Shown here: piece after piece, positions 13,362 to 25,995 of the stretch
How the letters are laid out: every line of letters starts with the position of its first letter
Numbering within the stretch: position 1 is the stretch's first letter
Assembly (NCBI GenBank): GCA_951406725.2
Contig: OX597817.1
Span: 13,640,001 to 13,704,000, forward strand
Direction: 5' to 3'
DNA: 64,000 nucleotides
Source of the DNA: Octopus vulgaris
Lineage: Eukaryota
Translations under genes and position numbers: made by a program
The notes under the pieces: generated by a model
What the model was told of the DNA's origin: nothing
What the model saw: only the letters and a program-made list of their open reading frames with translations
The model's database searches: none

Positions 13362-13730
13362 ACCAACCACATGGTTCTGGGTTCAGTCCCACTGCGTGGC
13401 ATCTTGGGCAAGTGTCTTCTGCTATAACCCCAGGCCGACCAGTGCCTTGCGAGTGGATTTGGTAGACGGAAACTGAAAGAAGCCTGTCGTATATATGTAT
13501 ATATATATATGTGTGTGTGTGTATATGTTTGTGTGTCTGTGTTTGTCCCCCTAGCATTGCATGACAACCGATGCTGGTGTGTTTACGTCACCGTCACTTA
13601 GCGGTTCGGCAAAAGAGACCGATAGAATAAGTACTGGGCTTACAAAGAATAAGTCCCGGGGTCGATTTGCTCGACTGAAGGTGGTGCTCCAGCATGGCCG
13701 CAGTCAAATGACAGTAAAGAGTAAAGAGAG
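13362..13730 (+). mobile_element. SINE family A (5' truncated)
   Basis: Matches 483-896 from ACCAACCACATGG onward. Confidence 0.9.
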
Positions 13731-14126
13731 CTGAGAAAGTGGCATAATGAACTTTACTAAGGAAAAAAATTAATGAACCAGACGGTTTACATACTAAAAA
13801 GTTTCAGAAATTTTCACACATTTTGATTTTATGGAACATTTCTGAGTCATGCATAAAAAAAAAACAAAAAAACATTTTCTTACATAAAAGAGACAAACAA
13901 AAGAAAAAGATATATACTATTGTTCTGAATAAAAGAAAAAATAACTAAATGCTCTAAATTCATTTAAAATTTGTTTCAGCCGTAGTGGCCTACTAATTAT
14001 ATAATTATGAATAATTATATATAACGATATACATATCTATGACATTGTGTAGGCAATAGTGAGTATATTTAGGAACTACAAGTAAATAGGTTTTGTTTGA
14101 TAATAAAATAAACTCTGGTTTCTGTG

Positions 14127-14168
<42 letters not shown>

Positions 14169-14170
<2 letters not shown>

Positions 14171-14359
14171 GGAGTAAACACATAAATGTGAAACAAGGTG
14201 GAAAAAAGAGTACTCAAATACCAGTGGTAGAGTAATATGCTTTATTTAAAGCAGCAGAAAATACAACAAAACCTGTTACTCTGAGTTTCCCGTTCATGAA
14301 CGGCAACGGGAAACTCAGAGTAACAGGTTTTGTTGAATTTTCTGCTGCTTTAAATAAAG

Positions 14360-14360
<1 letters not shown>
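14169..14360. mobile_element. Penelope-like hairpin fragment in a (TA)n tract
   Basis: 55-bp inverted arms 14240-14294 / 14305-14359, hammerhead-like remnant, (TA)n on both sides. Confidence 0.6.
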
Positions 14361-14403
<43 letters not shown>

Positions 14404-14776
14404 CTTAAAAGATGGAGCAAATGTACATTATTTGACTAAGGAGTAGTGGATTGGCAAAATGGAAACAGCTGTGGAAAAAAAACAAAAAAACCTTACAATA
14501 TTTAGTCATGTCCCTTTAGGTTCAAAGTTCAAATCCCACTTTCAAAAAAGGTGACTTTTTTGTTTTATGCTTCTGGAGTTGATAAAACACAATGACAGTT
14601 TAAGTAACAGGATTGACTTGAAGGCTAACTCCCCAAAATATGTTAGAAACTCCTATTTCTAATTTTTCTATTTTAAAAGGTGAATTGTAAGAATGGTAGG
14701 GGCTTGGAGTAACTACCTATCAATGTTTAGTTCTTGCCCTTCTGTATCTTGAGTTTAAATCTCACTGACTTGCGAG

Positions 14777-14940
14777 CAGTGCTCCACAATTGGTAATCCA
14801 CAGCACACTGGTGTGCCGCAGTGTAACCTAAATATAATCTTTTTCTCTATATTTCAGTTATATTTTTAGTTTAGGTGTGCCACCAAATTTTGAAAAAAAT
14901 ATATGTGTACCGCAAGTGAAAAAAAGGTTGCAGAGCACTG
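14777..14940. mobile_element. hAT-like MITE
   Basis: Terminal inverted repeats CAGTGCTCCACAA / TTGCAGAGCACTG. TSD poorly preserved. Confidence 0.65.
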
Positions 14941-14993
14941 CCCTAGAGTCATTAAGTACCAGCTGTAGTTTAGCGCTAGTCAGCACTGATTAA

Positions 14994-15461
14994 CCCTTTC
15001 GTTACCAACCCGGCTGAAACCGGCCTTGGCTCTGCAGTACAAATGTCTTGTTTTCATAAGTTTTTAATTAAAATCTTCCACCAAACCTTAGTCACAATTT
15101 ATGTTCCTAACACTAGCTTAATGATAACTAAGTTATTTTACTAAATTCTTTATAATAATATAATAATGAAATTATTGTATACAGTGCTCAAGTGCACCAC
15201 AACTTGTCAGAAAGTGCATATAAAGTACATGCAGTAATGTAGAAATGTCTGGAAAGCGAACAATGTACGAGTCAGATACATGCCTGTGTGTGTATGGAGG
15301 GGAGAAAATCAAGTGTAGTGTTGGCGAATCTCAGGAAGCATGGAAATTTTGAAGGATGCAGTGCTCTGACAACTAAGAACTGATGCCGGCAGTTTGTTCC
15401 ATGCTTCAGCAACTTTGAAAGAAACACAGAGCATCTCAAAATAAATACAGTAACAAAAGGG
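14994..15461. mobile_element. piggyBac-like MITE (with nested LINE fragment)
   Basis: TTAA|CCCTTTCGTTAC ... GTAACAAAAGGG|TTAA. A second copy in opposite orientation lies at about 10704-10911. Confidence 0.82.
15152..15414 (-). mobile_element. CR1-like LINE 3' end nested in a piggyBac-like MITE
   Basis: Minus strand encodes VAEAWNKLPASVL (CR1-type C-terminal WNxLP motif), followed by a 3' UTR and an (ATT)n tail. Confidence 0.7.
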
Positions 15462-17024
15462 TTAAGCAAATCTATGATCAAAGCCATGATCATACTGTCT
15501 TCTAATCAAACTTAATATATCTAAGATTACATCATCCTAGGTGCCATCTTTACAAGAGCACTTCTGAAGATGGCAAGGTGTAATTTGAAAGAGATTTATC
15601 TGCTACTTCAAGCATGCTGGTGATCTCATAGAAATTCTCTTGTTGGTTCGATAAGTACCAGTGTTATACTAGGGTTTATTCAATTAACAACTCCCTCTCC
15701 ATAGCAACAACTAACCCTATAACCATTCATAAAAAAAAAATCAATATACATTCTGAAGACAATTCTTACAGCACTATGAAACATATTTTAATCTCAATAG
15801 TATTAACTTCCAATAACTATGACGATTTTCTGTTAACAATGATATTTCCCTTATAATTAGAGTAATGCACACACACAAATCAATAATATATGCAATAATC
15901 AATAGTAGAAAGTGGGCAGAATTGTTCTAAATGAATGGGTACTGTCAGGTTATGATCTTCAGAGCAAAAACAATTTCCACAAGATATTTTTTGTAGATAT
16001 CACATGAAAAAGCATATAATGTCACTTTACAAGTAATCCATAGAAAAATCAGTGCTATACAAAAAAAAGAAGAAAAAAAAGAGGGAGGGGCAAAAAAATA
16101 GATATTTTTATGTATTTGTTTGTATTAATATTCATAGATGAAGGACACATAATAAGGTAGCATGACCAGATTCTTATGAAAGGAATGTAAGATGTAAAGA
16201 TTCTTAACGTTCAGAGATGTTTACGCCAAAAGAAGGAGAAACAGAACGTTGAAGTAATAAAGATGGATGAGAGATGAAATAAATTTGTTAAATAAAAAAA
16301 AAAATTAAATTAAAAAATTAACCATCAAAGATGAAATGTAGAAAAACAAACAAGATAGGTATGGAAGTCAAGTCCCAGGTTAGAGTTACCTCATTAACTA
16401 ACAAAATAATCAATAGCTTTAATTGCATCATTTTATCTCTTCATAGATATGAAATGAGAAACGAAGGAAAAAACTAATATACAGAGATACTTGTAATTCA
16501 ATGGAAACTGTTGGTGCCTTTGAAATTGTGTATCAATAAATATCGATCTTCATTATCGTTATCATTAACGTAACAAAAGAAACTATTACCTTTGTACATG
16601 CATATTATACAGTGCAAAAGAAAATAGCATTTTCTAAAGAGGAACAACCATAACATTGTATCAAACCCTCTGTCTGTCAATGTATCTATCTGTCTTTTCA
16701 TACGTCTCTATGGGTCATGGATCAGTGATTATCTTCAGTTTCTAAAGCCTTCAGTAAATAAAAGACTGATTTCTTCCTGGTTGGTGTATTAGAGACGTAT
16801 TATCGATAATACTAGCACTACTGACTCAGTGAACAACATTGCATTTTATATAAGGAATTCAGATATATTGTTGCTGTTCATAAATATTGATTCTTAGAAG
16901 TAATGATTAGAGAACAGAAACAAATGAAGTGAGACGTTCTGTCATGACAAGAACAAAAGCAAAACGAATGGGATCATTGCAAACCAATAAGGTCTTTATT
17001 AACTTGGTGTGATGTCAGTATTAT

Positions 17025-17421
17025 GGATGGATAGATGGAAGCACTCCGTCGGTAACGACGATGAGGGTTCCGGTTGATCCGAATCAACGGAACAGCCTGC
17101 TCGTGAAATTAACGTGTAAGTGGCTGAGAACTCCACAGACACGTGTACCCTTAACGTAGTTCTCAGCGATATTCAGCATGACACAGAGAGTGACAAGGCT
17201 GGCCCCTTGAAATACAGGTACAACAGAAACAGGAAGTAAGAGTGAGAGAAAGTTGTGGTGAAAGAGTACAGCAGGGTTCACTACCACCCCCTGCAGGAGC
17301 CTCGTGGAGTTTTTAGGTGTTTTCACTCAATAAACACTCACAACGCCCGGTCTGGGAATCGAAACTGCGATCCTATGACCGTAAGTCCGCTGCCCTAACC
17401 ACTGGGCCATTGTGCCTCCAC
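17025..17421 (-). mobile_element. tRNA-derived SINE family D
   Basis: tRNA-like head (GGCCCAGTGGTTAGGGCAGCGGAC...TTTCGATTCCC on minus). TSD GTCAGTATTAT at 17014-17024 and 17422-17432. Confidence 0.88.
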
Positions 17422-17965
17422 GTCAGTATTATACAGGAGCTAATAACTATTGAAACCAACTTGGTAATTATTTTATCAGTAACCTTTATGAAAAAGAAAA
17501 GAAATCAAAAGATGAAAACACCAGGTACCATTTTAATTTGGAAAATTGAGGGGCAAGCACGGCACTACAGCCATTAAACATTATTGGTGAAGTAGCAGAA
17601 ATGACAGAATAGTAGACTAAAGTACTGACAACATTCAGTCTCAATCCTCTCACTATTTCATCTCAACTTTTTCCAGAGAAGTCTTTGCTTTTCATCCCCA
17701 TATGATAGGATGTGGGGTTAAAAGAAGCAACACTGAGGTACTGGGAGTGATATTAATAGTTTATAGTTTTTTCCCTTTTTTCATACTATTTTATGTCAAT
17801 GTGAGAAATTATTAGTTATTAGCAGTGCCACACTGCTGAAGATAGGATGTTTAGATCTAAATGTGGCATATTCATGGCAATATCATCTAGTAATTTCCTA
17901 TAAGGCTTCCCCTGTAGTTAAGTGTCATAGGATTTCTAGAAAAAAATCAATTTCTTTTCCTTTAA

Positions 17966-18003
<38 letters not shown>

Positions 18004-18636
18004 CAAGTTCTTCAACCAGCCATTGGTTATTGTACAGTTTACAACTATGTAAGAAAATCTCCAGCAATAGATGTTAGAAAAACAGAACAGGAACTATATA
18101 GTAAAGGATACAGGAAACTGTTTAGCTTGTAAAAGTTGTCAAGTAAACATTTAACGAACAGTTATTGCAATCTAGATTCAGCAATACTTACTTCACAGTA
18201 GTTCAGTCACTTTGGACAAGTTCCTTACACTTGAATATAATTATGAAAATAGAAGTTTTGAGAAAACTTATGAACCTAACTAATCTCACTATTGATGCTG
18301 TAATAACAAGGCTTGCTCAAACAAATAAGAAATTTAATAACATTCTATTAATTAAGTAAACCTGGGATAATTTCATTGATACACTTAGTACAATGAATAC
18401 AAAAAGGTCAGAAATATAATAGCAATGTATATACCCAAATATACCTGCAGTATACCAGCTAAAATTGTACTGTTAATTTTACTGTATAAAAGTAAAGTGA
18501 AGAAAAAAAAAAATTGACTCAACATGATGGCACCAAAAAGTAATCTTTAATCTTTTACTTGTTTCAGTCATTGAATGGTGACCATACTAGGGCACTGCCT
18601 AGGGTTTTAGGTGAACAAATCAACCCCAGTATTAAA

Positions 18637-18869
18637 GGCGGCAAGCTGGCAGAAGCGTTAGCACACTGGGCGAAATGCTTAGCAGTATTTCGTCTGCTGC
18701 TACGTTCTGAGTTTAAATTCCACCGAGGTCGACATTGCCTTTCATCCTTTCGGGGTCGATAAATTAAGTACCAGTTACACACTGGGGTCGATATAATCGA
18801 CTTAATCTGCTTGTCTGTCCTTGTTTGTCCTCTCTATGTTTAGCCCCTTGTGGGTAGTAAAGAAATAAG
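18637..18869 (+). mobile_element. SINE family B nested in a decayed family A copy
   Basis: GGCGGCAAGCTGGCAGAA head and GTAAAGAAATA tail. Family A remnants lie on both sides (about 18550-19060). Confidence 0.85.
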
Positions 18870-19174
18870 TACTAATACCTTTTCTTTAGGTTTCTAGTAC
18901 CTATTCATGTTTCCTTAATTGAACTGCTATGTTTTGGGGGGAGTAAACAAACCAACACACACACACACAGTATTGTTGACCCTAGAAGTAGAAGACATTT
19001 ACCCAAGGTACTGAGCATGTTTGCAAAGTGAGGTTCTTAACCACACAACTATGGCCAACAACTTTTGGAAACAAACTGCTACCATTTTATACTTTATTTC
19101 TACGGATAATGACCTTGGTTTAAACATGAGCATCACAATATCACTATGACAAAAAAAAACAAATAATGCATATT

Positions 19175-19540
19175 AGGCGCAGCAGTGGCTGTGTAGTAAG
19201 TAGCTTGCTTACCAACCACATGGTTCCGGGTTCAGTCCCACTGCGTGACACCTTTGTCAAGTGTCTTCTACTATAATCTCGGGCTGACCAAAGTATTGTG
19301 AGTAGATTTGGTAGACGGAAACTGAAAGAAGCCCATTGTATGTATATGTGTGTGTATTTGTGTTTGTCTTCCCACCCGATGCTGGTGTTTTTATGTTCCC
19401 GTCACTTAGCGGTTCGGCAAAACGGACCGATAGAATAAGTACTAGGCTTACAAAGAATAAGTCCTGGGGTCGATTTGCTCGACTAAAAGCAGTGCTCCAG
19501 CATGGCCACAGTCAGATGACTGAAACGAGTAAAAGAATAA
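19175..19540 (+). mobile_element. SINE family A
   Basis: Same head, body and tail as 483-896, moderately diverged. Confidence 0.88.
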
Positions 19541-19888
19541 CAGTATTTAGTTTTATTCCTTCCACATTGTCATATAAACATTTTTTTACTGGTAATGACT
19601 TTGCTTAATAAATTTCTTGAATTTGACAATTGCTTAAACAATTACCAGTGGAGTAATTGGTACTGACCAAATCTACTCCTTTTGTTTGTCCACTCGCACA
19701 CAAAGGAGAAAACAAAACCAAAAGATTGGCACTGCAGATCTACAGCTGTAATACTGCACAACATTGAAATTAACACAATGTATAGAAATGAATAGGACCT
19801 GGAACTAGAAAAGAAATTTAGTGGATCTCATACTGTGCTGTAGAAATGTTCCTTTAGCTTGTTGAATTGTGGAGCAGTATATAGTAAA

Positions 19889-20264
19889 CTAGCAGTATCG
19901 CCCGACATTGCTCGGGTTTGTTTCGACCCTTTAGAATTGGAATTTTTGAAAAGTAAAAATTTTGCATTAAGTAGCTTGTTATTCTCTTTAAGTGAACATT
20001 TTTCTGGTTGAAATACACCGAAAAATAGCAACACGGCAGTAAAAAAATAGGGATTTTCATAGAAAAAAAAGCACCTTTTTGATATAATTTTTGGTGATAA
20101 CATGGTCCGATTTGAATTTTTTCTTCTACGGAATGAAGAGCAAGCCTTCTTCTATCATACTCTCAATTTTGGTTAACTTGTACCACAGGGTCTTGGAGGA
20201 GATAGTGTTAGTTGAAGGCTACCAAACCTGCCACACACAGACAACTTCAGCTTTATATATATAG
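19889..20264 (-). mobile_element. Non-autonomous Helitron
   Basis: Shares the 3' terminus (hairpin plus CTAG) with 7385-7781 but has a different interior. Confidence 0.8.
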
Positions 20265-20417
20265 TAAGTGATTCAAGAGAGGATACAATGGCATGGTTTC
20301 CATTTACTCTTTGAAGGATTTTCAACTCTGTACTCTTAGTACTTGGTGAAGTACAAGTAAATTATACAGTAGCAAACTGCATCTCTACAAAATCGTTCTT
20401 ATGTTTAATGAGCTTAA

Positions 20418-20638
20418 CCCTTTAGCATTTAAATTAATATGTCATAAGTAATCCTTATTCATTTACATTAAAAAAAAATTAATCTGGTATTATCTTGTAG
20501 CTTCAAGATTTGAAAGATGTAATTGTTTATTCTTAGAATTACATTGCAGGGTAGGTGTGAGATACTGGTTCTGGCCAGTTTGAGCATAATATGAGTAGAA
20601 TATTCGGGCCAGATATAGCCGGTTTAAACACTAAAGGG
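20418..20638. mobile_element. piggyBac-like MITE
   Basis: TTAA|CCCTTTAGCATTTAAA ... TTTAAACACTAAAGGG|TTAA. Confidence 0.82.
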
Positions 20639-21054
20639 TTAAATAATCAAGAGTTAAATATCTTAGAGACATGGTAATCTACCAGAGATACAATATATGA
20701 ACTGAAGACCTTTCAGTTGGCACCATATCAATGTGATCAGCTTCAATTTCCATAAACATTTCATTGTTTATTCCTATACGATGGTTATGATACAGGAAAA
20801 CATATTGGAGCTACTCATCACTAATTACTGATGAATAAATAAAAATATTGCAAACTATAATGGTGATATTGGCATCAACAATAACAACTATCTTTATTAA
20901 TAGTGAATAAATAATGCATCACTGAAGAGGTCCAAGACAGAAACAGGTCCGGAGTTAGCTGTGTTTTCTAAAGATTACACTATCTTTTCTATCACCTCAA
21001 TACTCACTACCAATCCTAAATTTCACTTTTTCCCGCAAATTTTCTAATTATATA

Positions 21055-21442
21055 CTCGTTTACTTGTTTCAGTCATTTGACTGCGGCCATGCTGGAGCAC
21101 CGCCTTTAGTCGAGCCAGTCGACCCCGGGACTTATTCTTTGTAAGCCCAGTACTTATTCTATCGGTCTCTTTTGCCGAACCGCTAGGTGACGGGGATGTA
21201 GACACACCAGCATCGGTTGTCAAGCAATGCTAGGGGGACAAACACAGACACACACACACACACATATATATATATACATATATACGACAGGCTTCTTTCA
21301 GTTTCCGTCTACCAAATCCACTCACAAGGCATTGGTCGGCCCGAGGCTATAGCAGAAGACACTTGCCCAAGATGCCACGCAGTGGGACTGAACCCGGAAC
21401 CATGTGGTTGCTAAGCAAGCTACTTACCACACAGCCACTCCT
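21055..21442 (-). mobile_element. SINE family A
   Basis: Reverse complement of 483-896. Confidence 0.9.
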
Positions 21443-22613
21443 AGGAAAATAAGTCTTTAATAAAAGTTATTTTTCAGATAATTTTATGAACCAAGTCTTA
21501 AAAACCAATAAGAAATAATTATTATCAAAAAATAATCCAAGAACTCTTTTCCATTTTTATCAATTTCAATTTGGTAACCATCTTCTTCCAAGTATTTATA
21601 TAACTCATTCATATTTCTCCCCCCCCCCCCCAGCATTTCATCCAATGTCACACCCTTTGTGTTTGTACAACCTGACTATACCTTTTGTTAGCAATTCATT
21701 CATATTACCAATTTAATCCTATTTCAGTTACTCTTTATTTTCTTCGAAATAAATAATTGCAAACTTTTTCCAAACATCTCCCCTATACTGAACTATCTAC
21801 AGATAAATACTGATGACAGCATGATTTAAGTTTTTGAGAAGGGGAAAAAAAAAAAAGGACAAAATAAAAACAATTTTTATGTCAAAATTCACAACATCCA
21901 TAGCATTGATTGTATTTTTGTTAGGATATAAACTATATTGTAGCTAAATGATAGGGTGTCTCTACATGCAAGAGTGCCAGGGAAAACAGATTTAAGAAAG
22001 GGGTTAGGCAACATGGGCGTATACAGGCAGATTAGCAGCTCACAATCAAGGGCAGCCTCGGGCAGTTTAGGGATGACGGAAGGAGAATATGTTAGGGAGA
22101 ACAAGTTGTTATTATGATAGGAAGAATTGGGTTCGTGAGAAATAAGAAAACAAAAAAGAATACTACAAATAAATAAATAAATAAAGGTAAACAATGACGG
22201 AAGGACAAGAGTTTGCAGTGAAGCTGATTTTTTGAAAGAATCTGAAGTTAGGATTGAAAGTTAGAGGGAGAGTAAGGCAGGTTTTACAGGGAAGAGCAGT
22301 AATAAAGAGTGGTACAACCAATGGAAACTTAGCACTCTGTGCTAAATGAAGTGATGAAAAATAAATCACTAATTTTGGCAACATCAAAAATTTAAGGAAC
22401 CTTGTATTAGCTAGTGATACTAGTAATGATTATTTTAATTACTAGAATATCATCGTCACTGGCTAGTTATCATTTTCATATTGGATTTAATAAAAACACT
22501 GTGGGACAGGCCCTACAAATGGGGTTTTTTTTCTTCTCATTTTCAACTAATTTAGTTACGGAGATGTACTCGCATAGCAAGTGATTTGATCTGAGATCAT
22601 GTGCTGGAACGAA

Positions 22614-22901
22614 AACAATTGCAGCGTGGAAGGTGTTTGTAAGCCATTTAAGAAACACACAAAAGCCATTCGATTCACTTCAACATTTAAGTTTAATTTC
22701 TTAAAATATTTTCGTCGCTAAAATCTGCGACCTGTTCACTGACAAAAATCCATGCTGCATCACGGATTTTTGTCAGTGAACAGGTCGCGGATTTTAGCGA
22801 CGAAAATATTTTGACAAATTAAACTTAAATGTTGAAGTGAATCGAAAGGCTTTTGTGTGTTTCTTAAATGGCCTACAAACACCTTCCACGCTGCAATTGT
22901 T
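22614..22901. repeat. Long near-perfect palindrome (141-bp arms), probably Penelope-derived
   Basis: 22614-22754 is the reverse complement of 22761-22901 with few mismatches. Confidence 0.9.
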
Positions 22902-24128
22902 AACTATTTTAGTTTTTAGAAGTTAAACAAAAGTAATTTTAAAATGGTCCATTCACATTTTAACTTTTGTTACTGATTGCTACACATTTATACACACAAT
23001 CAGCTTCTACACATTTTATATCAACCATATTTCACTCATAAGGCATTTGTTGATATGAGGCAATAATAGAAACACATCCCAAAGGGGTCACTCAGTGGGA
23101 TTCAAACTGGGGTCACGCAGTTGTGAATCAAACTTCCGAAAACCAAATAAATAGTTTTATATAAGTTTTTTAATGAATTTGCACAATTTTCAGAATTTTT
23201 TACCCTGCAATATATTTTTTCTTTTTTAAATTTCTTTAGTAAAATATTAAAAGAGGGCATAAAACCACTCCATAAAATATCAAATATTGATCTATAATAT
23301 GTGTGTGTGGAGGGAGGAGTAGGTGTGTGTGTGTGTGTGTGTGCCAAGCCAAAGAGTTATTGTTAAAGACTTCTATGAAGAGCAAGTAACAAATGAATTT
23401 TCCAAGAATTAAACAGACTCAACTAAAAAACCATAGGATAAATGGCAGTATTAATACCATTATGGAAAAATGAAAAATAAATTTTACAGCAGAACAGGGA
23501 CACCACAGAACCCTTACATAGTAATTAGCTATAAAAATTATTTCCAAAATGGGTAAGTTTAGTTTGAAATAATATTCAATTTTGAGGAATTGATAAAAAA
23601 TGCAAATCAAAGATAATCAATTATGCTGCTCATCCCACAGCTTGATGATTTAATATTGTATAAAGTTGCAGTTGACATTATGAAGAATACACATGAAATA
23701 ACAATGCAAATGTCTAATTCAGTTGCCAATCCTATTAATAAAAGACAATGATAATTAGCACTGATAAGTTTAGATAAAGAGACTAGTAACCTCAAAACTA
23801 TAATGATATCGATTTAAACGCATATGAACACACACAGGCATTATTTGTTTATTTAATGCGTATTTTTACATACTAGCATGATAGGGGAAGAGGTTCCTGA
23901 GACAATATTTTTACGGCAGGATGATCTCCCTGTCACCAAACCTTGCTTTTCAAGCAAGGGGTATTTTTATTCCAAAGGAATTCAGGTACAAGCATGGCAG
24001 TTTGCTTGTGATTCTAGGTTAGATCCTTGGACTCGTGTCTTCTAAAATAGCCATGGGTTGACTAGTGTCTCGTGAGTGGAATTTGATAGATGAAAACAGC
24101 ATGGTAACTTGTCATTTGTATATATATA

Positions 24129-24474
24129 CTAGCAGAATTGCTTGAAAGTACTGTTAATGATTGCACTGAATTATGATGATTATTCAGGCAAATATTGATA
24201 TAAGTTTACGGTGGGAGATAAGGACTTAACGATCAAACGTGTGCCATTGCATTGTTTTGGGGGAACCAAATTTCTAATGAGCATTATAGGAGCACCAACT
24301 TTAAGTTTGAGAATGTGTTGTGGTAGTCCGGGGGGCTCAAAGGAATTGAGTACCTCTATAGGATAGCTGATGACGTCTGATAGGTAAATTCCAATTGAAG
24401 AAATTCTATATTGTAGAATTGTATAAAAAACGAACGGTTTGGGAGGCAGAGAAAATCTGCCTTTTATTATAAGA
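24129..24474 (-). mobile_element. Non-autonomous Helitron (hairpin lost)
   Basis: Minus strand TCTTATAATAAAAG start and CTAG end, between A and T. Confidence 0.55.
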
Positions 24475-24493
24475 TATATATATATATATATAT

Positions 24494-25995
24494 AACATCA
24501 TTGTCATTTAGCCTTCACTTTTCCATACTTGCATGGGTGAGATGGAATTTGGACTTTATTTTATCAATCACAAAGTGATGAAGGACAAAGTAGATCTTTG
24601 TGGAATTTGAACTCAGAACATAGAAATAACTAAGTCATGAAGGGCCCCAATCATAAGAGTTAAGTAGAAAAATGATAAAAAGAGGGTGGTAGAGGATGAC
24701 AAAGTTGCTACATGATGAATGTTGGTAAGAAAATTCAGTAGGAACAACATGATGGGGGGAGGGAGTTAGTGATAGGAAAGAGACAGAGTAATAGAAGAAG
24801 GAGTACTAGAAATGAGTGATAGAGGAGGAGAGAGAATGATGGAAAATGAGAGAGAGAATGATATGAGTAAGTGATGGATGTCAAGAATATCAGAAAAGGG
24901 GGTAATTTAAGAGAAAGTAATAACAATGAAGATGGGATGTAAGAGAGTAGGAGTGATGGAAGTCAATAAGAACAAGAGATGGCAAAAAGGGCATTGAATA
25001 TGGACAGATCTAAAGCAATACTATCCCTCGTTAATCTGCATGATGGGAGAGAGATAGAGTCATCATCATCCTCATCATCGTTTAGCGTCCGCTTTCCATG
25101 CTGGCATGGGTTGGACGGTTCAACTGGGGTCTGTGAAGCCAGGAGGCTGCATCAGGCCCAGTCTGATCTGGCAGTGTTTCTACGGCTGGATGCCCTTCCT
25201 AACGCCAACCACTCCGTGAGTGTAGTGGGTGCTTTTTACGTGCCACCCGCACAGGTGCCAGACGGAGCTGGCAAACGGCCACGGACGGATGGTGCTTTTT
25301 ACGTGCCACCGACACGGGGGCCAGGCGAGGCTGGCAATGGCCACGAACGGATGGAGCTTTTTACGTGCCACCGGCATGAGGCCAGTTGGGGTGGCGCTGG
25401 CAATGGCCACGAACGGATGGTGGTGCCAGACGAGTCTGTTATATATATATAACATCATCGTCATTTAGCATTCACTTTTCCATATTTACATGGGTGAGAT
25501 GGAATTTGGACTTTATTTTATCAATCACAAAGTGATGAAGGACAAAGTAGATCTTTGTGGAATTTGAACTCAGAACATAAATATAACTAAGTCATGAAGG
25601 GCCCCAATCATCAGAGTTAAGTAGAAAAATGATAAAAAGAGGGTGGTAGAGGATGACAAAGTTGCTACATGATGAATGTTGGTAAGAAAATTCAGTAGGA
25701 ACAACATGATGGGGGGGAGGGAGTTAGTGATAGGAAAGAGACAGAGTAATAGAAGAGGGAGTACTAGAAATGAGTGATAGAGGAGGAGAGAGAATGATAT
25801 GAGTAAGTGATGGATGTCAAGAATATCAGAAGAGGGGTTAATTTAAGAGAAAGTAATAACAATGAAGATGGGATGTAAGAGAGTAGGAGTGATGGAAGTC
25901 AATAAGAACGAGAGATGGCAAAAAGGGTATTGAATATGGAGAGATCTAAAGCAATACCATCCCTCGTTACTCAATCTACATGATGGGAGAGATAA
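24494..25995. repeat. Local ~550-bp direct duplication flanking a family C element
   Basis: 24494-25057 and 25451-25995 are collinear and highly similar. Confidence 0.9.
25061..25440 (-). mobile_element. Retroposon family C
   Basis: Collinear with 11395-11785. Confidence 0.82.
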
